Below, piece by piece: positions 20,164-29,225 of a stretch of 64,000 nt of DNA (its first letter is position 1; every line of letters begins with the position of its first letter). Both the position numbers and the translations under genes were made by a program. Below the pieces are notes generated by a model. It was not told where the DNA came from. It did not search any database and was given only the letters and a program-made list of their open reading frames with translations. The DNA comes from a virus: positions 1 through 64,000 of IMG/VR virus record IMGVR_UViG_3300007722_000007; one strand, 5' to 3'.

Positions 20164-20495
20164 ACCTGATGCCTCACGTTCGCATTGAGAGTCCGAAGGG
20201 CGTCTATGCCGGTACGTAGAGATAACAGCTTTTCGCGTTTGGCCCGAACAAGACCCTCCGATATTTTGTAATCGTAGTTCTCGTCACCCATCTGATAGTC
20301 GGCCCATGCCTCTCGCTCTCGGATTGAACCCTTTGCGCTGAGGTATGATTTGGCCCAATTGGACTTGTATGTTGCTTCTTTTTTTGCCGAATCGACCGCA
20401 AGCGTTTCAAACGCTTCCGTTTCGTCTTCAAGCGACTGGAGCAGTCTAAGAATTTCTTCCTCAACATCGACCTGACTAATCGGGCTATTCCTCAC
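20160..20495 (-). CDS. hypothetical coiled-coil protein (possibly UvsY-like mediator)
   Basis: 111 aa, helical; overlaps both neighbours; function is inferred from context only. Confidence 0.55.
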   Translation of the reverse strand: MRNSPISQVDVEEEILRLLQSLEDETEAFETLAVDSAKKEATYKSNWAKSYLSAKGSIREREAWADYQMGDENYDYKISEGLVRAKREKLLSLRTGIDALRTLNANVRHQV

Positions 20496-21033
20496 TGCGT
20501 ATCCTTTCGTAAACCACGTCTAATTGCTTCCAATCTACAGCCTTAAGTCCCTCTTTGTTGATGCTGGGCCAGCTGTAATTATTTACACCTAAGTGCGTTT
20601 GTGCCATTTCTTCCAGGATCCAGGCATCGCATCGGTCATCTCCACCTTTGCCACTCCAAATAATTCCCGTTCGCGCCGATACCGATGAAACCACTTCGGT
20701 CTTTGAAGCGTTCCCCCGTCCTGTGGCAAATTTCGCACGGCAGGTTGGCGGTATTTCTACAAATGGTATCCCGGCTCTAAATAGGCTTAATCTCACAACG
20801 CCGCCGAGCTCACCAATTGAAAAAGCCTGACCGCTTCGTGAAGCAAAAGAATAGCCCTCAATCAGCGCAACGTCAATAGCGTTTAGGGAAATAATTTTAA
20901 TAATTGATTCGGAGACTTCGTCTAGGCGCTCAACGCCATTCGTGCTGGGCGTTATAACTCCGGTAACCCCGGCGTGCGAATGACCCGTGGATCGTAATGA
21001 TAAATCTAGGCCCAGCAACCTTATATTTCGCAT
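20485..21033 (-). CDS. ruvC: RuvC-like Holliday junction resolvase
   Basis: LLGLDLSLRSTG, ALIEGY, ELGGVVR, KFATGRGNASK and DRCDA motifs. Confidence 0.88.
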   Translation of the reverse strand: MRNIRLLGLDLSLRSTGHSHAGVTGVITPSTNGVERLDEVSESIIKIISLNAIDVALIEGYSFASRSGQAFSIGELGGVVRLSLFRAGIPFVEIPPTCRAKFATGRGNASKTEVVSSVSARTGIIWSGKGGDDRCDAWILEEMAQTHLGVNNYSWPSINKEGLKAVDWKQLDVVYERIRSEE

Positions 21034-21039
21034 AATGGG

Positions 21040-21045
21040 ATACTA
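21040..21045 (-). promoter_or_regulatory. -10 element for a possible leaderless ruvC transcript
   Basis: TAGTAT 6 nt upstream of the ATG with no SD sequence; similar TATGCT 5 nt before the tail chaperone ATG. Confidence 0.35.
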
Positions 21046-21055
21046 GCCGCATTGG

Positions 21056-21092
21056 CAAAAACCCGCCGAACATCTAGCCGGCCCGGCGGGTT
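21056..21092 (-). terminator. intrinsic terminator-like hairpin
   Basis: Minus strand AACCCGCCGGGC-loop-GTTCGGCGGGTT followed by TTT. Confidence 0.6.
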
Positions 21093-21190
21093 GCATGTAA
21101 ATAAATTTACTTATGCGATTTGCCGTAGTTTGCCTACCAGATCTTTGACCACCTGCCCCTCGTTTCGGTTCGGATACAATTTGGCTAGAT
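21057..21190 (-). ncRNA. candidate ~130-nt structured small RNA
   Basis: Extended -10 TGcTACGCT (21197-21205); 5' ATCTAGCC is complementary to 3' GGCTAGAT; ends in the terminator; no credible minus-strand ORF. Confidence 0.35.
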
Positions 21191-21249
21191 AGGTAAAGCG
21201 TAGCATTTGAAAATAGACGATGCCGTAAATAATAATCTAAATATTCACG

Positions 21250-21318
21250 AAATAAATAGGACGCAAAAACCGAGTGAGCTCCCCCACCCGGTCTTTGCGC
21301 CTATAACGGTCCTAAGGC
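21250..21318 (-). ncRNA. candidate small RNA with 5' end antisense to 23S rRNA H69-H71 and a 3' hairpin
   Basis: -10-like TAAACT (21324-21329), then CCTTAGGACCGTTATAG, then a ~20-bp stem (21256-21304). Confidence 0.45.
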
Positions 21319-21408
21319 TCTCTAGTTTACACCCCCAAAAATATGAACCGATAAACAAAGTTATTCATTTTAAAAAATATGAGATGTATACTTGTTTATC
21401 TGCGCCTA

Positions 21409-21711
21409 TTATTCTTCCCAGCCGTGTTTAGCTAGACCCAAGTCAAAAGCTAATTGGGGTTGGTCCCCAATTCTGGAATGACACGGTCTACATACGCACA
21501 TTATATTTTCCTTATCCAAAATCGATCCGCCCTGCGACCGGCGCTTTATCTCGTGCAGATCAGTAGACGGATTGCGCCTGTACATCTTCTTTTCGTCATG
21601 CTGTGCAAAAATCGGGCACGCCTGGCACCATGGGATAGCGGCGAGCATTTCCACCACCAATTTCCGGCGCTCTATATATTTTTTCTGAGTTTTTTCAGAT
21701 CTCTGTTTCAA
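21409..21711 (-). CDS. HNH endonuclease
   Basis: CQAC...DLHEIKRRSQGG...NIMCVCRPCH. Confidence 0.85.
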   Translation of the reverse strand: MKQRSEKTQKKYIERRKLVVEMLAAIPWCQACPIFAQHDEKKMYRRNPSTDLHEIKRRSQGGSILDKENIMCVCRPCHSRIGDQPQLAFDLGLAKHGWEE

Positions 21712-22241
21712 TTGACCTCCCCATCTAGTATCTCATCAAATAACCACTCTCCGTCCAGCGACGCCCACAGGGCGGTATCCCATTGCGTCGGTTCAACATC
21801 ATGTTTATCAAGACATTTTTGATGCTCGATAATGGCCGCACGACAAATTTCCGTTAACGCATGAGCGTCGGCCTGATCATTCGTCTGAATATAAACTTCT
21901 AATAGATTTGTAGCTTCGGTGATACTTCTATCAATATGACGCCTAAAACTTTGAATCTTTCGCAACTTGGCCTTGTAATATATGTGCGTCTCGGCCAACA
22001 ACAAAACGCCGTCCACGCTCATTGAACTATAAAGGTCCGTGTCTGCGTCGTAGTCAGATTGGATGTCGTCAATTTGGTCATTGATGTTATTCAGCAATTC
22101 ATTTAGGCACAATACCCACCGGTCACAATTATCATGTAACCGCAGCAGGGCTTTTTGCTCGCCACTGGTTTTGTTTTTGACATCCTGCGCAACAAGATAT
22201 GCAAACGCATCGTCCGACATTTCGCGTTTAACCGTATTCAT
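21708..22241 (-). CDS. hypothetical protein
   Basis: ATG at 22241 with a GGGGGA RBS; the longer track ORF overlaps the upstream gene. Confidence 0.7.
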   Translation of the reverse strand: MNTVKREMSDDAFAYLVAQDVKNKTSGEQKALLRLHDNCDRWVLCLNELLNNINDQIDDIQSDYDADTDLYSSMSVDGVLLLAETHIYYKAKLRKIQSFRRHIDRSITEATNLLEVYIQTNDQADAHALTEICRAAIIEHQKCLDKHDVEPTQWDTALWASLDGEWLFDEILDGEVN

Positions 22242-22266
22242 ATATCCCCCACCATGGGTATTTAAT

Positions 22267-23058
22267 CTATTGCTTGTTCCAATATTCACAGACCGTAGTC
22301 TTAAAGTGACACCAGTTGCAAAGTATCGTTGGATTAGCCGGCCACTTATTCGTGTCAAACGCGGTATGTACGCGTTCGCTCACCGACTCGACCATTGTGG
22401 AAACGGAATCTACATCCGTCTGCGTTACCTCTTTAGAAAAACGAGTCGCGTCTTTTAGGTACAGTAGCTCAACTAAGTCGACCTTGACGTCTTCGGTTTC
22501 TGCCAAAACGATTGCATAAATAAGCAACTGAGGAAACTTATCATCCAAATAACGAGGCTTTGGGGTTTTCCCGGTTTTATAATCAGATACAGTCAGTTGA
22601 CCATTAATTGGGCCCCAGCGGTCGATAAATCCCTTGATCCGGATTCCGCGTATGTGTCCGTTCAGTTCTGTTTCAACACCACTTGGCACTATTGATTCGG
22701 GCGATTCAAGCTTAAATACATTCTCGATACACCACCACGAATTCCACAGAAAGTCATTTAGCTTTGTTTTGCCGAGATACGGACTAACCCTTTCGGCCCA
22801 GCCACCCTCTGCCCATATCTGAGATGATACAGCTTTTGCTGAAGCCTGATTACGCTCTGGACCCGGGATGGTTAAATAAAAATTCTCAAGCACATCGTGG
22901 ACAAAGTTGCCCATCAATGTCTGCATCGTCGGTGGCTCACTCATCTTGTTCACCCGCGAATACTTATACTTCAACGGGCATTGCACAAATGTAGACAGAG
23001 ACGACGGAGAAAAATATTCCGGCAATTCGTATGGCAGATCGCCGACTACGCCCGTCAT
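22267..23058 (-). CDS. PD-(D/E)XK RecB/Cas4-like exonuclease
   Basis: SPSSL..F.QCP, G..VH..LE, GFIDR, DYKTG, QLLIYA and C-terminal CNWC...C motifs. Confidence 0.9.
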   Translation of the reverse strand: MTGVVGDLPYELPEYFSPSSLSTFVQCPLKYKYSRVNKMSEPPTMQTLMGNFVHDVLENFYLTIPGPERNQASAKAVSSQIWAEGGWAERVSPYLGKTKLNDFLWNSWWCIENVFKLESPESIVPSGVETELNGHIRGIRIKGFIDRWGPINGQLTVSDYKTGKTPKPRYLDDKFPQLLIYAIVLAETEDVKVDLVELLYLKDATRFSKEVTQTDVDSVSTMVESVSERVHTAFDTNKWPANPTILCNWCHFKTTVCEYWNKQ

Positions 23059-23726
23059 GAAACGGCTACCGGAACTCCCCCGAGGGATATTATGGCGGCT
23101 TCCTCAATCAAAAACACGAGTTCTGCACTTGTAACCACGGACGGACCAGACGGAGCCGGCGCATTATTGCTAAATGTTTCCCATTTCTGACGCAATTTCT
23201 TTTTTCCGTCATCCGTGAGTTTCTGGGTCATACCAGTGAAATTGCTCCACAGAATTAAATGCTCCGGATCGACGGGTGGTTGTTCTGGGCGAGAGTATTG
23301 ATCGTCTATCACTTGCTCGATCTCTATCGCGTCATCGGAGCGGGCCAAGTATAAACCAACGCCAAGTGTCTGCGCCGCCTTTTTCAAAGCATCCGAAATT
23401 GCGCCCTTGAATTCATCACCCAAATCGACAATGATGCCGGCTTTAGTGCGCTTAATTTTTTGCCCACCAATTCCGTCGCGTATTACCTCCGCGGCCCCGG
23501 CGACGTTCCACACGAGACGAACATGAGCAATCACGAAATCGGGATCAATCGCATCGCGCTCGCACCTCTCCACCGTGAAGGACCATTGCTCGACGCCGAG
23601 AACTTTATTCAAACGGGTAATTATTTCGCTTACGGGGATGTAGGTAAAATTCGTTCCCCCCTTGTTTAGGGTCCGTTCCATTTCCGGCGGGAACACCTCG
23701 GTTAACTGCGAATATGTCAATGTCAT
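23055..23726 (-). CDS. Rad52/Rad22-family single-strand annealing protein
   Basis: TYIP...ITRLNKVLG..W and KGAISDALKKAAQTLGVGLYL motifs. Confidence 0.88.
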   Translation of the reverse strand: MTLTYSQLTEVFPPEMERTLNKGGTNFTYIPVSEIITRLNKVLGVEQWSFTVERCERDAIDPDFVIAHVRLVWNVAGAAEVIRDGIGGQKIKRTKAGIIVDLGDEFKGAISDALKKAAQTLGVGLYLARSDDAIEIEQVIDDQYSRPEQPPVDPEHLILWSNFTGMTQKLTDDGKKKLRQKWETFSNNAPAPSGPSVVTSAELVFLIEEAAIISLGGVPVAVS

Positions 23727-23776
23727 AATCTCTCCTACTTACTTGTTGGTGTTATATGTTAATAAACAGTCTGTAG

Positions 23777-24295
23777 TTACTTTACTCGCCGAACAATAAT
23801 GCTTGTCTTCGCTTCGCTTACTTCGCAGTATCTATCGGCGTTAATTCCGATTTTGGAAAGTTCCTTTACGCGCCAATACGATGGATTGCAGTAATCTAGA
23901 AGCTTTACAACCATGTCCTGCGGCGACATTATCACCTCTCCGGTCTGCATGTCAATAGCCATGTCGCCCAAGCGACTTGCTACATTTTTTGCAATCCCGA
24001 TGTGGTCCCACGTTTTTCGGTCGCTACCGGCCCGCTTTTCAATTTTTATTCCGTTGGGCGTTATGTACTCTGGGATTGTCCCCATTTTTGTGGAAATAAG
24101 GAATGTGGCAGTGTCGTAAACTATGGCCATATCGCTCTTTAGGTCGTTCATCTCAAGGATGATCGGATAAACATCGTCCATGGTCGCGGTCTTATCATCC
24201 GTCATCTGCGCCAGCATTCTAGAAAGAATCAGCAGGTCGTCCGCAACGGATTTAATTTTTCTACTGATTGTCTCAACAGTTACATCTGGAATCAT
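23777..24295 (-). CDS. hypothetical phage protein
   Basis: 172 aa with an RBS, in operon orientation. Confidence 0.7.
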   Translation of the reverse strand: MIPDVTVETISRKIKSVADDLLILSRMLAQMTDDKTATMDDVYPIILEMNDLKSDMAIVYDTATFLISTKMGTIPEYITPNGIKIEKRAGSDRKTWDHIGIAKNVASRLGDMAIDMQTGEVIMSPQDMVVKLLDYCNPSYWRVKELSKIGINADRYCEVSEAKTSIIVRRVK

Positions 24296-24321
24296 GGCGC
24301 CCCTAAGGCTTCGTGGTTATA

Positions 24322-26652
24322 TCAGATGATGATAACCGTTGGCCGCCTAAAAGGCAACCCCAAACCAGCTAAATGTGTAAAAGCTCCAACGGCGGAGTCA
24401 ACCTGGTCATCATGGCTACAGGCCTCAGGAAAGGACGACGCCTCGTCAAGCCAATCGCTAAGCCACGGGCCACGGACAAGCCTCACATTGCCGTTGGCGG
24501 CAGCCGCGGCAAATGGCCTGGCTCGGGTTAATTTATCCCCAGTCGAGCGAATTCCTAAAAAATCATGCCCTGGAAGAATATATCTGGCATATTGGTCGAT
24601 AAGGGCCTTCCCAGACGATCCGGGCTCCTGCTCCATACGCACCGCCACACTCGGTCCATCTTCGGCGGCCGTCTGGGCGACCAGACGTTCAACCTTTTCG
24701 CCCTTTACTCTAACTCGCTTAATATCCAATATGTAAAAAATGCCGGATTCAAATAGGCCGAGCGTGCCAACGGTCCAGTCTGGATCCGTGTTCCCGGGAT
24801 GGGGTTCGGTGGCGGCTAAATCCCAAAACCTACAAGCCCTAGCACCCATCCCAGCAGCTGGGACCTCTGAGGGGTCAATAATAACAAAGGATTCTCGGTC
24901 AAATAGGGTCCCCAATGTTGTTGCCCACCAGTCGCCCTCTTCTAGGCGGCGTCGCTCAATTGGATCTAGGGCCGCTAGGGCCATGCGATACGACTCAACG
25001 TCAATGCCGGGGTTATCCGTCAAAAGCGATGGTACAAATATCCGATTTGTAGTGTCGCCCTCAACGATAAATCGCTGCCTGACCCAATTCGGCGCAGGGT
25101 TTGATGCAGCGCGCATCCTCAATGGGACCTTTGACAGTTCGCCGCTAGCCGGTCGACGCAAACGGGAAAATAGATATCTGTAATCCGATTCCCGGATTTC
25201 CGTTACTTCGTCCATCCCAATGAATTGAAACTCCGAGTTTCCAGTCCAGACAACGCGTCCATTGTGTCTAGTTAAAAAGGTGTGATGAGGGGGAACAGTT
25301 AAGCAGTGAACGGTGCCGACGTAATGCTTGGCAACTATTGGTTGTCCATCGCCAAAAGAAATCATTCTATCTTGGTCGGCTGTTTCAAGTAAAAACACAT
25401 GGAACGCCAAAACATCGTGTTCTTTTCCATCGGGCGTAGTGGTGTGGTCCTGGCGCTCATTAAGGGTGGCCCTAAAGCCACAATGCTGTGCAAGCCTCAT
25501 CACGCCATCGGCCAACTCGCGCGAAACAGTTACATAGTGACCACTTTTTTCGGTGCGCCATGTTCCGTCCCCTTCAACCAAGGATTGCAAAAGAAGCCGA
25601 GCGTATTTTGTTTTCCAGGTAAAGACCTCGTCGGGAATCCGTTTGTGATAAGCGCCCTTGCCGGTATGTTCATCCAGCCAGTCGGCGAGTTTTGTATTTG
25701 TGAATACAAGATTCCTGGGGCTATCCCTGACATAAGCACCGGAATGTTCAAGCAGACTCACCAGGACATCCTTGTATGTCCTGCTGTGTCCGTCGTGGAG
25801 CGAAATTTGTATGGTTCCTTTATTAGTACACCCCTCCGCAATATGCCAACCAAGGAAAGTTGCCCAATTCTCTGCGCCGAAAATGATGTCAGAACTATGC
25901 TGTCTGCCTCGCGCCGAACTCGGGAACACGGATGCCCCCGTGTCAATACCGCCAATAAAATGACCCGCCTGTGGGAATCTTGCCGCTATTGGCAATTCAT
26001 CCGTTCTGTATTTGCGAAGTTTCTTTACCCTCTGCGTTGAAACCCACCATGTGTGGTCTGCGGTCACGGCGAACGAAACATCCGAGCCCTCTCTCGGACT
26101 ATAGATTAGTCCGTCGTGGTCATAGACCCACGTATGGGTTACCGATTGATAATCCCATTCTCGTGTTTCCGGATTCATTGAAGCGACCAATTCGCCAACC
26201 TGAATATCTTCTATTTTCCTCCATCCGGAAGTAGTTAAAACCTCTGTTCCCTTAATGCACGGGCCCTTATACCGCTGAAAGTCGTCCTTGTTATTAAGGT
26301 AACCAAAGGTTATTCGCGCCCCCGATGGGAAGGTGGCGATAAAGCTATTGTTGTTCCAGTGTATTTGGTCATTTTCGGCGACCCAGAATTTGAATCTGTC
26401 CATAAGTGCGCCGGGGAGAGATAGGTCCGAGAATGTCCGCCGGAACAAAATGGCCGAATAATTCGGCACGTCCACGTACTGTAGAGCACTCATGAGCAGT
26501 GCGGAACTTTTCCCGCCACCAGCTGCTCCACCAAATAGGGCTTCAAGCGCATAGGTCCGAAGAAAAACCTTCTGCGTGAGCGACGGTTCCTCTAGGCAAA
26601 ACAGCGACGGGCGCGGCTGTAGGTACTCGTAAACTTTCTCCCAATCAGTCAT
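24322..26652 (-). CDS. terL: terminase large subunit, intein-containing
   Basis: Walker A GGAAGGGKS, Walker B FIGMDE, ASNP, and nuclease motifs WDLA and HDDQVD. Confidence 0.95.
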   Translation of the reverse strand: MTDWEKVYEYLQPRPSLFCLEEPSLTQKVFLRTYALEALFGGAAGGGKSSALLMSALQYVDVPNYSAILFRRTFSDLSLPGALMDRFKFWVAENDQIHWNNNSFIATFPSGARITFGYLNNKDDFQRYKGPCIKGTEVLTTSGWRKIEDIQVGELVASMNPETREWDYQSVTHTWVYDHDGLIYSPREGSDVSFAVTADHTWWVSTQRVKKLRKYRTDELPIAARFPQAGHFIGGIDTGASVFPSSARGRQHSSDIIFGAENWATFLGWHIAEGCTNKGTIQISLHDGHSRTYKDVLVSLLEHSGAYVRDSPRNLVFTNTKLADWLDEHTGKGAYHKRIPDEVFTWKTKYARLLLQSLVEGDGTWRTEKSGHYVTVSRELADGVMRLAQHCGFRATLNERQDHTTTPDGKEHDVLAFHVFLLETADQDRMISFGDGQPIVAKHYVGTVHCLTVPPHHTFLTRHNGRVVWTGNSEFQFIGMDEVTEIRESDYRYLFSRLRRPASGELSKVPLRMRAASNPAPNWVRQRFIVEGDTTNRIFVPSLLTDNPGIDVESYRMALAALDPIERRRLEEGDWWATTLGTLFDRESFVIIDPSEVPAAGMGARACRFWDLAATEPHPGNTDPDWTVGTLGLFESGIFYILDIKRVRVKGEKVERLVAQTAAEDGPSVAVRMEQEPGSSGKALIDQYARYILPGHDFLGIRSTGDKLTRARPFAAAAANGNVRLVRGPWLSDWLDEASSFPEACSHDDQVDSAVGAFTHLAGLGLPFRRPTVIII
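25237..26262 (-). mobile_element. class 3 intein (342 aa) with LAGLIDADG homing endonuclease
   Basis: Starts PCIKGTEVLTTSGW; block B TADHTW, block F VHCLTV, ends WTGN|S; endonuclease motifs FLGWHIAEG and LLQSLVEGDG; removal restores RYKG-SEFQFIGMDE. Confidence 0.9.
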
Positions 26653-26724
26653 TTGTCTCCGCGTCCATCTTTAGTGATAGATTTAGACTACCGTGCCAAA
26701 AGGTCGCGGAAGTGAAAGAGGATA

Positions 26725-26913
26725 ATGAATATCCCCAATTGGGTTAGAACAGCACAGGCAAAGATACTGAATCGTGCAATGGTTGCCAATATTCTGATAT
26801 TTTGCTTTATACTGTTAGGTGGTATAGGTGCATTTTTAATTAACGTCCCCGCAGGATTTATCTCCCTTGGTGTTGCTTGTGGCGTAGTCGGCTTTTTGCT
26901 TGGGATGGAGTAG
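26725..26913 (+). CDS. small membrane protein upstream of portal
   Basis: 62 aa, two transmembrane helices, GAGG RBS. Confidence 0.7.
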   Translation: MNIPNWVRTAQAKILNRAMVANILIFCFILLGGIGAFLINVPAGFISLGVACGVVGFLLGME

Positions 26914-26922
26914 GCGTAAACA

Positions 26923-29142
26923 ATGGCGTGGAATTCATCACAGAACAAGGGTTTGCGTTCATCGCAATCCAAAAATGCCCATGTCGGGCTGGGCGCACCG
27001 GTTTCATATAACCCAGCCAATGTGGGTAGGCCGTACCGCGACTCTTGGGATATTGAAAGAGCCTATAAAGAGGGGTTCCAGAAAGTCACCTGGGTAAGTA
27101 GATGCATAGACGCAATTGCGGGAAATCAATCTCGCTTGCCGGCGATATTAAGAGCGGACAATAGCCCTCAGGGGCGCATTCTGCGCGATAAGGACGAATC
27201 AATCTTAAGTCTGTTAAATACAAAAGCGAACGTAGGGGAAAATTCCTTTGTTTTTAGATATCGTCTATCGTCACAATTGCTTATGTCTTCTCGTGGGGCT
27301 TTTATTGAAAAGGTCCGCGGTCGTAATGGCGAACTAATCGCCTTACAATTACTGCCACCGCAACATACTGCGCCCATCCCCGATCCGAGAACATTTGTTT
27401 CCGGCTTTGAGGTTGACATGCGTAACGGCACAAAGATAATCCTTAATCCAGACGATGTCGTTTGGATAAGAAAGCCGCACCCGCTCGATCCCTATCTATC
27501 GTTAACTCCAATGGAGGCCGCGGGAATAGCTATTGAAATAGAGAATTTAGCAAAAATCTACAATAGGAACTTTTTGTTGAATGATGGTCGACCTGGTGGC
27601 CTCTTGGTCGTGCGTGGAGAAATTGATGACGACGACAAAGATGAGCTAAGAAACCGGTTTAGGGGCAATATAAATAGAGCCGGGGCGGTTACGGTCGTCT
27701 CGTCGGATGAAGGGGTGGATTTTGTCGATACCGGACAGAGCCCGCGCGATGCTAACTATGTACAAATGCGCCAGTTGCAAAAAGAGGAGATTCTGGCGGC
27801 ATTCGGGGTCCCTGAATCGGTAATCGGAAACGCCGCTGGGCGAACATTCTCAAACGCCGCAGAAGAGCACAAGGTTTTCTGGAATGAAACAATGCTCCCA
27901 CACCTAGAGTTGCTTGCGCGTGGCCTGGACGAACTACACCCAAAGTACTATGTCGATTTTGACGTGACCGACGTGCCGGTGCTTGTTCTTTACAAACAAG
28001 AACGAGACAGATATCTGCTTAACGAATTCCAACAGGGGCTAATCAGTGGCAACGAATACAGGGAGGGAGCCGGCAGGAAGAATATTGATTCAGAATTAAT
28101 GGATGCGATGCTGGCGAATCCCAACCTAACGCCGATTGGCTATACCAATAAAAAGTTTGATCCGACCGTTCAGCAACAGGTGGACGCGCCCCTCCAGGGT
28201 GCGCCGGGCGCGCCACAAGCTCCCGGGGTTCCACCAATGTTGCCGCCCGCAACGGGATTCGGACCGGAAGTCGTACCACAACCGGCGGAGGGAATGACGG
28301 CAACACTAAATGCCGAAGCCATCGCCGCCCAACAGGCAGCGTCAATGGGCGGAATATCGGGAAAATCAGACGATGACATTACAACAAAAGACACGCCCAT
28401 GGATGAGTGGGCAACAAAAGCGGAAGAGTCATCCGACCGATGGACGGAAATTCTGGACAGCAGCTTAGAAAGATATTTTGAAAGACAGCAACGTGTGATT
28501 CTAGAGAAAGCGTCGGGTAATAAATCCAAAAAGGGACTTGAGGCAAAATCCTTAGATCCAGAGGCTATTTTTGATATTGCAGTCTGGAATAAACAAATGA
28601 ATCAAGATATGCGTCCGATTCTTTCGGGAATAATGAATGATGCGGCCGTAATCGTTTCCCAAGAGGCAAACATGCAAGGCGAAATAGATGAGCAAGACGC
28701 CAAGGAACATCTTGACTCCCAAATGGAGCGGTTTGAAAAAGTTAACTCAACAACAGCGGCCGAAATAGCCGCAGCCGTTCTTATCGCAACATCGCTGGAC
28801 GACGACGAGGACAGAGCGGGGATGCTGCAGGCCGCAGTGGCGGCGATTTTTGTAAACCTGCTGACAAAACGCCGTCGCACAATAGCTGAACATGAGTCCC
28901 AAACGGCATTTAACGCTGGCACCTATTACACTGGCAGGTCCATCGGCGCAATAAATAAAACTTGGATTTCGGAGAGAGACCCATTGGTGCGACCAGAACA
29001 CGTAGCGCTCAGTGGCAAATCGGTTGGGATGCTTGAGCCATTTAGGGTCGGTGATGATCTAATCAGATTCCCGGGCGATCCATTTGCACCGCCACATTTA
29101 ACAATTAATTGCAGATGCCGCTTGCGATTTGACATTGGATAG
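26923..29142 (+). CDS. HK97-type portal fused to a C-terminal MuF (head morphogenesis) domain
   Basis: Portal motifs WVSRCIDAIA, NDGRPGG and EEILAAFGVP; Pro-rich linker; MuF motif KTW...D..VR..H...FPGDP...NCRC. Confidence 0.92.
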   Translation: MAWNSSQNKGLRSSQSKNAHVGLGAPVSYNPANVGRPYRDSWDIERAYKEGFQKVTWVSRCIDAIAGNQSRLPAILRADNSPQGRILRDKDESILSLLNTKANVGENSFVFRYRLSSQLLMSSRGAFIEKVRGRNGELIALQLLPPQHTAPIPDPRTFVSGFEVDMRNGTKIILNPDDVVWIRKPHPLDPYLSLTPMEAAGIAIEIENLAKIYNRNFLLNDGRPGGLLVVRGEIDDDDKDELRNRFRGNINRAGAVTVVSSDEGVDFVDTGQSPRDANYVQMRQLQKEEILAAFGVPESVIGNAAGRTFSNAAEEHKVFWNETMLPHLELLARGLDELHPKYYVDFDVTDVPVLVLYKQERDRYLLNEFQQGLISGNEYREGAGRKNIDSELMDAMLANPNLTPIGYTNKKFDPTVQQQVDAPLQGAPGAPQAPGVPPMLPPATGFGPEVVPQPAEGMTATLNAEAIAAQQAASMGGISGKSDDDITTKDTPMDEWATKAEESSDRWTEILDSSLERYFERQQRVILEKASGNKSKKGLEAKSLDPEAIFDIAVWNKQMNQDMRPILSGIMNDAAVIVSQEANMQGEIDEQDAKEHLDSQMERFEKVNSTTAAEIAAAVLIATSLDDDEDRAGMLQAAVAAIFVNLLTKRRRTIAEHESQTAFNAGTYYTGRSIGAINKTWISERDPLVRPEHVALSGKSVGMLEPFRVGDDLIRFPGDPFAPPHLTINCRCRLRFDIG

Positions 29143-29225
29143 AGCGTTCCACAAATTCCGTAGTTTATTAAAACCGTTCCCGTCAAAAGCGGTTTATTAG
29201 TTTAATATTGTCTATTAAGGACCCC

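Noticed and set aside
21301-21317. rRNA gene fragment or group I intron
   Set aside because: The match to 23S stops at 17 nt; the flanks are not rRNA-like and I saw no intron core
21207-21431. 74-aa plus-strand ORF across the intergenic region
   Set aside because: Opposite to all neighbouring genes, weak TTG start, and overlaps the hairpin elements
22267-23058. CRISPR-Cas (Cas4-like gene)
   Set aside because: No array or other cas genes; pairing with a Rad52-like gene indicates a recombination exonuclease
25399-26040. 213-aa plus-strand ORF inside the intein
   Set aside because: Antisense shadow of a well-supported coding region with no recognisable motifs
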